Assembly (NCBI GenBank): GCA_964354755.1
Contig: CAYHBA010000002.1
Span: 92,002-156,001, forward strand
Direction of reading: 5' to 3'
DNA length: 64,000 nucleotides
Source: an uncultured Thermoplasmata archaeon
GTDB lineage: Archaea; Thermoplasmatota; Thermoplasmata; SG8-5
The notes under the pieces were generated by a model. That model saw nothing but the letters and a program-made list of their open reading frames with translations. It had not been told where the DNA came from and did no database searches. The position numbers and the translations under genes are program-made. Below are positions 8,987-16,845 of this stretch, in pieces (position 1 is the first letter of the stretch; the number at the start of each line of letters is the position of its first letter).

Positions 8987-9259
8987 GTTTGTGATTCTCC
9001 GCCCGCCCCATGGTTATAATGAATTGAGAGGCATGATGGTTATGATAATACAAATACATATTGATAATTTTTCGGACCACAAACCAAGGGAGACCTAGAT
9101 TAAGAGCTTATGCCACAAAATTAAATAGCATATTCCTTATCCATGCAAGCAGAAAACAACATGGATGCCGAGGTAACATTCACAAAATATCTGGGAACAG
9201 GAAATAAACGATTTTTGTAAATATGCCTGGGCATGTACGATAGCAAGCAATGGCTGAAT

Positions 9260-9330
9260 GCCGAGGTAACATAGTGGCTATGTGGCGGACTGCAGATCCG
9301 CATACGGGTGTTCAAATCTCCCCCTCGGCT
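9260..9330 (+). tRNA. tRNA-Cys (anticodon GCA)
   Basis: Manual fold gives acceptor GCCGAGG/CCTCGGC, D-arm ACAT/ATGT, anticodon stem GCGGA/TCCGC with loop CTGCAGA, and T-arm GGGTG-TTCAAAT-CTCCC with one U-U mismatch. CCA is not encoded. Confidence 0.7.
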
Positions 9331-9379
9331 TTTCATTTCGCAATCTTTTTTATCCCGAGTTAATCATACCCTCCGGCAC

Positions 9380-10927
9380 ATGAGAGAAAAGGTTCTGAAA
9401 ATCCTCCTAGACCATGGCACGCTTATCGAGCCAGAAGCAGCCGATTTCATACTAAAGCAAGGAGATCCAGTGGGCTTTATTAATAATTTTCTAGAGGGCA
9501 GGGGCAACCAGCCCCTGATCCTTACGGTCGACGACCTCGTGCCGGCCGCATCATTGGGCAACCTCGACCGGCCTCCGGCCCCGGCTCAGGCAGTGCGCGA
9601 GAACCCCCAGACCCAGGGGACGCTGCAGACAGCCACTTCCGAAAATGGAGCGGTTGACGCTCCGCCCGGAAAGCTGGCCGGCGGCAAGACCGAACCGGGT
9701 TATCACATAATATCGGATGTGACAGGGTCAAGCACATGCAACGGTTCGATAGAGAACTTCACCCAGTACTTCAGGGACAGGTTCAGGGTGCTGCGCAGAA
9801 TCATACGCTCGCACGCAGAAATGGGGGCCTCCGTGAAGATAGCTGCCCTCGATGCACAGGACAGGGAGGCCAGAGTCATCGGCATGGTCATGGATGTAAA
9901 CAAGACCAAGAACGGTCATATCGGGCTGACGATCGAGGACGACACAGGGGAACTGTATGTTCTGATTCACAAAGACACAGAACTGGTCAAGGAAACATAC
10001 CTCAAGGACGAGGTGCTGGGCTTTACAGGGCGGCTCAGTTCCGGCCGGAGCGGAAACGGCTCGCCTGACAAAAAGGGGGGTATGTTCATTGCCTCGGCAA
10101 TGCGCAGGCCCGGCATCCCCGCGATAAGGGAGCAGCGCCGCTCGTCCGAAGATGCGGAGGTGGTGTTCATGTCCGACATACACGCAGGCAGCTCGCATTT
10201 CCTTGCCGAGCCCTGGTTAAGGTTCATGGAATGGCTCAATTCGCCCCAGGCTGCCAAGGTGGATTATATTGTGGTGGCGGGAGACCTGGTGGACGGCATA
10301 GGTGTGTATCCGAACCAGGAGGAAGAGCTACAGATTCATGACATATACATGCAGTACGGCGAGCTTGCAAGGCTCATGGCCCCCGTGCCGGAGCGCATCC
10401 GGGTATTCCTCCAGCCAGGAAACCACGACGCTGTGCGGCCGGCAGAACCGCAGCCCGCCATACAGGAAAAATTCAGGAAGGGTTTCGGGCCGAATTTCAC
10501 ATTCATAGGCAATCCCTGCCATTTTGCCCTGGCCGGCGTTGAGATACTGTCATACCACGGGAAGAGCATCGACGACCTTGTAGGCCAAGTGCCAGGAGTG
10601 ACCTATCTTGACCCGATACCGCCCATGCACGAGATGCTGAAACGGCGGCTTCTGACCGTATCCTACGGCGGAAAGACCCCTCTGGCCCCCGAGGCAAGGG
10701 ATTACATGGCAATCAATCCCCTCCCAGACATTCTGGTGACAGGCCACGTGCACAGGGCCGCGATTCACAGGACCAGCGGGACGACCCTCATCAATGCCTC
10801 GGCCTGGCAGTCCCAGACCCCTTTCCAGAAGACGCACAACTTCAACCCTGACCCGGCGAAGATAATTGTCGTCAACCTGAAGACGGGACGATGCAGGATG
10901 GTGGACTTCCTCAGTCCAGCAGAATAA
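9380..10927 (+). CDS. polB1: DNA polymerase II (PolD) small subunit DP1
   Basis: Calcineurin-like phosphoesterase motifs MSDIHAGS, GDLVDG and GNHDA are present, and the N-terminus MREKVLKILLDHG is DP1-like. The start was moved to 9380 so the gene does not overlap tRNA-Cys. Confidence 0.8.
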   Translation: MREKVLKILLDHGTLIEPEAADFILKQGDPVGFINNFLEGRGNQPLILTVDDLVPAASLGNLDRPPAPAQAVRENPQTQGTLQTATSENGAVDAPPGKLAGGKTEPGYHIISDVTGSSTCNGSIENFTQYFRDRFRVLRRIIRSHAEMGASVKIAALDAQDREARVIGMVMDVNKTKNGHIGLTIEDDTGELYVLIHKDTELVKETYLKDEVLGFTGRLSSGRSGNGSPDKKGGMFIASAMRRPGIPAIREQRRSSEDAEVVFMSDIHAGSSHFLAEPWLRFMEWLNSPQAAKVDYIVVAGDLVDGIGVYPNQEEELQIHDIYMQYGELARLMAPVPERIRVFLQPGNHDAVRPAEPQPAIQEKFRKGFGPNFTFIGNPCHFALAGVEILSYHGKSIDDLVGQVPGVTYLDPIPPMHEMLKRRLLTVSYGGKTPLAPEARDYMAINPLPDILVTGHVHRAAIHRTSGTTLINASAWQSQTPFQKTHNFNPDPAKIIVVNLKTGRCRMVDFLSPAE

Positions 10928-10963
10928 AAAGGGGATGGGGCGGTGAGCCCCATCATTATTTGT

Positions 10964-11506
10964 CTAAGGGATGTTGAACGTTGTGTCTCCAACCAGCGAA
11001 CATACGCTATTCGTCTCGTAATGGAAGAGTATGACTTCGTATGTGGTGTGGGGATGCAGTCCTTCCACGATGATGAAGTCGCCGCTGTTCAGTTCCTGGC
11101 TGTTGTAGTTGAGGTCAGTATAAGTCGCTGAGGCCCCTCCCGTAGCCACCATATCCACGGTCGAAGCGCCCGGCATTCCGGAAAAGGTCAGTTCCACAAT
11201 GTCGGTTTTGTCTGTTATGTTGGTTATAATGGCCTTTATTTCTATGGGTGCCGGCGTGGGGCTGAACGTCCCGAATCCTATCTCAACACTGCTCTGGCTC
11301 TGAACATCAAGCATGATGCTCCCAGCCGGTGGGATATCGTCGGGCGGTCTGATGTTCATTACCATCACGTACAGCACCGCCGCCAAGACCACGGTGATGG
11401 CCACCATCAGGATGGTCGCTATCACCGGAGACACTCCTTCCTCGCTCCTTTGCTTCCATATCTTCTTCATGTTTAGTCCTCCTGCGGTTTCCCGCATGGA
11501 TAACAT
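10964..11506 (-). CDS. Archaeal type IV pilin-like protein with a class III signal peptide
   Basis: N-terminus is KQRSEEG followed by VSPVIATILMVAITVVLAAVLY. It is a paralog of the protein at 20451-20972, sharing a C-terminal domain MPGASTV...ATGGASA.YTD. Confidence 0.7.
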   Translation of the reverse strand: MLSMRETAGGLNMKKIWKQRSEEGVSPVIATILMVAITVVLAAVLYVMVMNIRPPDDIPPAGSIMLDVQSQSSVEIGFGTFSPTPAPIEIKAIITNITDKTDIVELTFSGMPGASTVDMVATGGASATYTDLNYNSQELNSGDFIIVEGLHPHTTYEVILFHYETNSVCSLVGDTTFNIP

Positions 11507-11588
11507 TCTCGGCAGACTTTATTAATCCATTTTTGACATGTCAGTTTTCACCCCAAGGTTTATCGTGTCCCTGGGAAATCGGGAGCCG

Positions 11589-13883
11589 ATGGCTAGGAAG
11601 AGGCTTCTCACGGTCGAGGATGCGGTCCTGCTCCATCTGCTGGACTACACCAGGTTCACTCCCGAGGATTCTGTGCCCATGGAGCTCACCCAGGCCGGGA
11701 TGTCTGCAACACTCGGGGTAAGGCGCAGCCACATCTCGATGTCACTGGACGCGGCAGTTACACAGGGGAATGCAGAAGAGCATCTTTCCAGGGTGAAAGG
11801 GGAGAAGCGCAAGCGCAAGTGCTATTTCCTCACTCACGCAGGCAAAGAAGCAGCCAGGGGCCTGAAGGCTTCTGTTGCGGCCACCCGGGTCCGTGCGGAG
11901 CTTCCGGACGGAAGTCCGTTCAAAGGCACTCTTGACGGGCTCGCTGAAAAACTGGGCATCAGGCTGCCCGCACTGGCCCTGCTGGTCAAGGAAGGCCGTG
12001 TCAGCATTCCGGGCGCGGTCCGGGGATTTCCAAGACATGCAGCAAAGCTTCCCCAAGTAGCGGGGTTCAGGGGCAGGGAAGAGGAACTGATGAGGGTCTC
12101 CGAACTGCTGGAAGGGAAGGTCCGCAACCTTGCAGTCATAGGCATGCCCGGGATAGGCAAAACCGCGCTTGTGGCCAGGGCAGTGCAGGATTGCCCAGCC
12201 GACAGGATTCTTTGGTACAGCGTCACAGACTGGACAAGCCCCCGCAATGCCATAACCCATATTGCTGACATACTGTCTGCAGGCGGCTCGAACAGGCTGA
12301 AGAGATACCTGGAATTCCATGAGATACCTGACATGGGGGATGTGAGGGACATACTGGCTGCTGAAAGCTTGCAGCTTACCATGATTTTCGATGACTGCCA
12401 CAAAGCAGGCCAAAGCATGCAGGCATTCCTCGGGATGCTGGCGCATGCCTGCGATAAATCTTCCCGCCTCGGATTGTGCCTTGTCGGAAGGCACATCCAA
12501 TTCCTTGACGGGTTCAGGGCACATGGAGAGCAGTCAGGCACATCGGTCATTGTCCTGGGGCCTCTGGACATGGAGTCCAGCCTTGAAATGCTCAGGGACA
12601 GGGGAATAAAAGAGAACGAGGCCAAGGCCATTGCCGAGAAGAGCGGCGGCCATCCGTTCTATCTCTCGCTGGCAAAGTCGCGCTCAGACCCTGGCGACAT
12701 AACGGAAATGCTGGCCCGCGAGGTGCATGCCTCCTTGTCGGAAACCGAAGCAGGGCTCATGCACCAGATATCTGTCTTCAGGGAGCCGATATCAGCAGAA
12801 GAAATTGCAGAAACTCAGGATGAGATTGACGCGCTGGACAATCTGTCCCGGCTGTTCCTTCTTATCCGGGCGGGGGAATGGTCCATGCATTCCCTGCTGA
12901 GGGACTTCTATTATTCGAGGCAGCCGCAGCCCATGAGGGAGGCAAGGCATGAAAGGGCTGCGGAATACTACGCAATGCGGGGCCAGGGCGGAAGCGTGGA
13001 AAGGCTCTATCACCTGTTCATGGCCAGGGATTACGATTCTGCAGTCATGGGCCTTGTCTCTTCGGGGGGGAAACTTGTCACTCAGGGTTATGTGGACGAG
13101 ATACTGGCCCTGTGCGCCCTTGTGCCTGAAGGCTGGCAGAATCCGGACGACAGATTCGGCATAGGCTTCCTGCATGCATCGGCGCTGGATATGCTGGGCA
13201 GATGGGACGAGGCCTCGGACCTTTACAGGCAAAGCCTCGCCATCGCCAGGGAACTCGGTGATTTGGCAGGGGAGGCCAAGGTGCTGGGCCGGCTCGGGGC
13301 AGTACAGTACAGGAAGGGCGACCTGAAGGGGGCGAGGGGAACCCTTGAAAAAGCACTGGCAATGTCGACCGAATGCCCGGAAACACTGCGGGCAGAGCTC
13401 AGCGGAAGCCTGGGCGTGATCCTGTGGAAGCTCGGGGAAACAGACGATGCCAGGAAATCCCATGAATCCGACCTGCGCATATCACGGGAACAGGGGGACG
13501 GCAGGGGCATTGCCAGAGCCCTTAACAACCTGGGGATCCTGGACTGGCAGTCATCCGATTACACGAAAGCGCTGGAGAAATACGCGCAGGCACTGGCCTG
13601 CGCCGAGAAACTTGTCGATTCCAGGCTGGTGGCCATACTCTACAGCAACATGGGCGATGTGCACAGGTCCACAGGGAATCCGGCCGAGGCCAGGCGGTAT
13701 TACGAGAGATGCCTGGAACTGGCCGAAGACCTGAAATTCGACTGGCAGATAGCCGAAGCCTACAGAGGTCTTGCAGAAGTTGTTCCGGAGAAAAGGCAGG
13801 ACTACCTTTCAAGAGCGCTCAACATCTTCGAAAGGCTGGGCGCGGCCGAGGATGCGAAAACAGTAAGAGAGACAAGGAGATGA
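11589..13883 (+). CDS. wHTH-STAND (AAA) ATPase-TPR regulator; the longest ORF starts at 11538
   Basis: N-terminal winged-helix-like region, Walker A VIGMPGIGKT, Walker B MIFDDCH, and C-terminal TPR repeats. It is divergent from the pilin gene. Confidence 0.65.
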   Translation: MARKRLLTVEDAVLLHLLDYTRFTPEDSVPMELTQAGMSATLGVRRSHISMSLDAAVTQGNAEEHLSRVKGEKRKRKCYFLTHAGKEAARGLKASVAATRVRAELPDGSPFKGTLDGLAEKLGIRLPALALLVKEGRVSIPGAVRGFPRHAAKLPQVAGFRGREEELMRVSELLEGKVRNLAVIGMPGIGKTALVARAVQDCPADRILWYSVTDWTSPRNAITHIADILSAGGSNRLKRYLEFHEIPDMGDVRDILAAESLQLTMIFDDCHKAGQSMQAFLGMLAHACDKSSRLGLCLVGRHIQFLDGFRAHGEQSGTSVIVLGPLDMESSLEMLRDRGIKENEAKAIAEKSGGHPFYLSLAKSRSDPGDITEMLAREVHASLSETEAGLMHQISVFREPISAEEIAETQDEIDALDNLSRLFLLIRAGEWSMHSLLRDFYYSRQPQPMREARHERAAEYYAMRGQGGSVERLYHLFMARDYDSAVMGLVSSGGKLVTQGYVDEILALCALVPEGWQNPDDRFGIGFLHASALDMLGRWDEASDLYRQSLAIARELGDLAGEAKVLGRLGAVQYRKGDLKGARGTLEKALAMSTECPETLRAELSGSLGVILWKLGETDDARKSHESDLRISREQGDGRGIARALNNLGILDWQSSDYTKALEKYAQALACAEKLVDSRLVAILYSNMGDVHRSTGNPAEARRYYERCLELAEDLKFDWQIAEAYRGLAEVVPEKRQDYLSRALNIFERLGAAEDAKTVRETRR

Positions 13884-13889
13884 CCCACC

Positions 13890-14615
13890 ATGAAATTCGA
13901 GGAACTCACGAGCAGGGAAGTCAGGGCCAAAGTGAATGCCAAGTCCGTAGCCATTTTCCCGATAGGGGCGACAGAGGAGCACGGGCCGCACCTGCCGCTT
14001 TCAACGGACAGCCTCCAGCCCGAGTACGTGGCAAATGAGGTGGCGAAGAAACTGGGGAACTGCTATGTGCTGCCCATGCTGAAGTACGGCCAGTGCTCCA
14101 GCACCCGGAACTTCCCCGGGACGATATCGCTGAGGTTCGAGAGCCTCCAGATGGTTGCGGAGGACATTATTTGCGAGCTGCACCGCACAGGGTTCAGGAA
14201 TGTGGTCGTGCTATCGGGCCACGCAGGCCGACTGCACATGGCCGCGCTCAGGCTTGCGGCCGAGCATGCCCTGGAGAGGCATCCCAAGCTGAAAATAATG
14301 GTCCTCTCGGACTACGACATCGCCTATGCCATGAAGGAAATCGAGATTCCGCCGGAGGACGGCCATGCCGGAATGGTCGAAACATCCAGGGTCATGGCCA
14401 TACGCCCGGACCTGGTGAAGGGAAAGGCAAAACCCTGCCACCCCAAGTTCCCGAAGTACCGCGTGATGCACGATTCCGAGAAATACTTCCCCGACGGCGT
14501 GATGGGTGACCCCCAGCTGGCCAATACCAAGTTCGGGAGGAAAGCGAACAAAATAATCGTGGACGAACTCGCAGAAATCATCAGGGAAATGGTTAAGGAG
14601 GAGAGGAGAAAATGA
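13890..14615 (+). CDS. Creatininase-family amidohydrolase (ArfB-like)
   Basis: VAIFPIGATEEHGPHLPLSTD motif of the creatininase family. Confidence 0.6.
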   Translation: MKFEELTSREVRAKVNAKSVAIFPIGATEEHGPHLPLSTDSLQPEYVANEVAKKLGNCYVLPMLKYGQCSSTRNFPGTISLRFESLQMVAEDIICELHRTGFRNVVVLSGHAGRLHMAALRLAAEHALERHPKLKIMVLSDYDIAYAMKEIEIPPEDGHAGMVETSRVMAIRPDLVKGKAKPCHPKFPKYRVMHDSEKYFPDGVMGDPQLANTKFGRKANKIIVDELAEIIREMVKEERRK

Positions 14616-15355
14616 ATTACTGCCCGAAATGCGGCATGCAGATGGCCTTTGTCCAGCAGTACGGCCAGTGGTACTGCAACAGCTGCAAGCAGTATGCAGT
14701 GCCGATACAGCCTAAAGCCCCGCAGGCGCAGGCAGTTCCTGGGCAGCAGGCCCCTGCGGCCCAAGGCCCTCCGGCCGCCGTCAACCCCCTGTGGACCCAG
14801 AACTTCTACAGGATTCGGAAGAAAGTGCTCACACTCTGGAACAAGTACTGGATAGAGGACCAGCAGGGCAAGATTCTCGGGTTCAGCAAGATGAAGATGT
14901 TCAAGCTCAAGGAGGACATCCGCATATACACGGACGAGAGCATGACGACCGAGCTTTTCTCAATCCAGCAGCAGCAGATACTGGACATCTGGGGCACGTT
15001 CGCTGTCGTGGACAATTTCGGCAACAAGCTCGGGTACATCAAGCGGAAGGCGCTGGCCTCCTCGTTCGTCAGGGACGAGTACGAGGTTTTTGACGCCTAT
15101 GACAGGCTGATTGGCGGCATATACGAGGACACGGGCCGCGGCCTTGCCAGGAAGTACGTGCCATTCGGGGAGCTGATACCGGAGCACATGGAACTGACAC
15201 TGAACGGCTACCCGGTCGCGACGATCAACCAGCTGTTCAAGATAATAGGCGACATCTGGGAGCTGAACTGCATAAACGTGCCGCCGTACCTGGACAGGCG
15301 GGTGCTGCTGGCGTGCCTGCTGATGATGGGGATGATCGAGCGGAGCCGGAAGTAG
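14612..15355 (+). CDS. Zinc-ribbon protein with a C-terminal LOR/tubby-like (DUF567-like) domain
   Basis: N-terminal CPKCG...CNSCK, then a P/Q-rich linker, then a beta-rich C-terminal domain. Its start overlaps the previous stop by 4 nt. Confidence 0.4.
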   Translation: MNYCPKCGMQMAFVQQYGQWYCNSCKQYAVPIQPKAPQAQAVPGQQAPAAQGPPAAVNPLWTQNFYRIRKKVLTLWNKYWIEDQQGKILGFSKMKMFKLKEDIRIYTDESMTTELFSIQQQQILDIWGTFAVVDNFGNKLGYIKRKALASSFVRDEYEVFDAYDRLIGGIYEDTGRGLARKYVPFGELIPEHMELTLNGYPVATINQLFKIIGDIWELNCINVPPYLDRRVLLACLLMMGMIERSRK

Positions 15356-15371
15356 TGGCAACGACCTTCGC

Positions 15372-15617
15372 TCATTTTTTGAACAGCGTCTGTTGATACA
15401 TTCCCTTATTCGCATTCAGCCTGGCCACGCTGCGTGTGCGTTTCATTCTGATAATCCCTACAACCAGCACTAAAAGTGCCAATATGATTGCACTGAATAG
15501 GCCGAATATGAACCAGCCTGCCAGGAATCCCATCAGGGCCAGGAACGAAATAAATACCTCATCAACATTGTTCACTTTCATCTTTTGCTTGTATATTGTC
15601 ATATTGTTTTCCTCCAT
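15372..15617 (-). CDS. Small membrane protein, hypothetical
   Basis: 81 aa with one strongly hydrophobic TM segment. No homology recognised. Confidence 0.3.
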   Translation of the reverse strand: MEENNMTIYKQKMKVNNVDEVFISFLALMGFLAGWFIFGLFSAIILALLVLVVGIIRMKRTRSVARLNANKGMYQQTLFKK

Positions 15618-15809
15618 CTATAGCAATCACAATGAATGGCCGATATAAGGGATTATTTCAACATCATGGGCGGTTTTGTGGAGGATTTGATGCAAATCGT
15701 TGAAAGACAGGAACGAACCGCGAAACATGAGTCCACATCCCAACCGCACGAAAGTCCCAGACAAAGCCATCAACATACTTCACCTCGGGCACTGGCCCAA
15801 ATTATCGCA

Positions 15810-15818
15810 ATTAATATG
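15810..15818 (+). promoter_or_regulatory. TATA-box-like element upstream of tRNA-Leu
   Basis: ttaatatgt lies about 28 nt upstream of the tRNA 5' end. Confidence 0.4.
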
Positions 15819-15844
15819 TACGAATAGCATATTGTGCCCATTGT

Positions 15845-16053
15845 GCGAGGATAGCCAAGCCCGGCCAATTATGCTTACAGGCATCATTGCTTTGCAATGC
15901 AAGCTGAGTTCACAGGCCACGGCGATAGGAGCGGCCACACCTGGCCGCGACTAAGCCGATGACCGGATATCGGAGCCTGCAGGCATAGGTCATCGGCGAT
16001 AGACTCAAGATCTATTCCTTAGTGGTTCATCGGTTCGAATCCGATTCCTCGCA
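15845..16053 (+). tRNA. tRNA-Leu (anticodon CAA) with an intron of about 126 nt in the D-loop. Exons are 15845-15868 and 15995-16053.
   Basis: Acceptor GCGAGGA/TCCTCGC pairs 7 of 7. The Leu-type D-arm GCC-AAGCCCGGCCAA-[intron]-GGC is present. Anticodon arm is ATAGA-CTCAAGA-TCTAT, with a variable arm and T-arm ATCGG-TTCGAAT-CCGAT. The intron contains a 10-bp hairpin GCCGATGACC/GGTCATCGGC next to the 3' junction. Confidence 0.6.
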
Positions 16054-16430
16054 TATTATTTCCATAATCTCTTTGAGCATATGCTCGTCAGCACCGTTCC
16101 TTTCGCCGCAGCGAAAGGTATGCGCCCGGACGGGAAGTTTGAGAGAGACGAAACCGTGCGACCCATGCAAGAGCTAATAATATGGCACCCCGCCCTCTGC
16201 GCCGAATTGTGCGCAATTCGGCTTGCTCGCATCGATGTTGATAAACTGAAAGGAAGCTACGATGCTCGTACAGGCGGGGCTTGTTGCAGATAAACCGCCT
16301 TCATGCACGCCATGCGAAAGCGCACTCGCGGCCATATCGTTTCAAGACCCCGGGCTTACACCCGGGGCATGCTGGTGAGAAAGCGACGTGAATGGCGCTG
16401 GGTTGGCCGGCGCTCGTGCTGCGCCATCTA

Positions 16431-16440
16431 AACATTTATA
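16431..16440 (+). promoter_or_regulatory. BRE/TATA-like element upstream of tRNA-Val
   Basis: aacatttata lies about 30 nt upstream of the tRNA 5' end. Confidence 0.45.
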
Positions 16441-16469
16441 CACGATGGGCATTTCCCACAATACCCGAT

Positions 16470-16572
16470 GGGCCGGTGGTCTAGTGGTTCTGGTGCCGGG
16501 TTTTCCGACATCAACACAAATGACGTCGCCCTTACAAGGCGAAGATCGGCGGTTCAATTCCGCCTCGGCCCA
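16470..16572 (+). tRNA. tRNA-Val (anticodon UAC) with a 30-nt intron in the D-loop (16490-16519)
   Basis: Acceptor is GGGCCGG/TCGGCCC with a G-U at 7-66. D-arm is GTC-TAGTGGTT-[intron]-AT-GAC. Anticodon arm is TCGCC-CTTACAA-GGCGA, followed by a 5-nt variable loop and T-arm GGCGG-TTCAATT-CCGCC. Confidence 0.65.
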
Positions 16573-16845
16573 CTCTTTTTTCATTTTGTTATCATACGTG
16601 GGCCTCAGCGGAATTCACAACTTATGGTGGGATATGTTGGGGTCTTAAGTTGTGAACACAGCCGAATTCCTCTGGTGTCATATGCTGAATACGGAATTCG
16701 GCTTGGCCGCGAAATATGCTTCGATATAGCCAGGGTCTTAATTCGCGGCTTCCGCCCCGGCCCCTGTGCAACTTCCGATTGCGGCCTTTGTGATGCTAGA
16801 CTTCGGGATTTTGGTGGGGGGATAAGCCGGGGGGAAGTCGCTTTA

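Noticed and set aside
9121-9336. A 71-aa minus-strand ORF and the 5' extension of the PolD DP1 ORF (9308-9379) overlapping tRNA-Cys
   Set aside because: They overlap a well-folded tRNA. The DP1 homology begins at the Met at 9380.
16081-16293. A 70-aa ORF between tRNA-Leu and tRNA-Val
   Set aside because: It overlaps strong hairpins and has no homology. The region more likely forms a structured RNA or spacer.
16054-16470. Possible SRP RNA or RNase P RNA in the spacer between the tRNAs
   Set aside because: I could not find the conserved SRP domain IV GNAR/AGCA loops or the RNase P P4/CR-I signatures by eye. It is left as an unclassified structured region.
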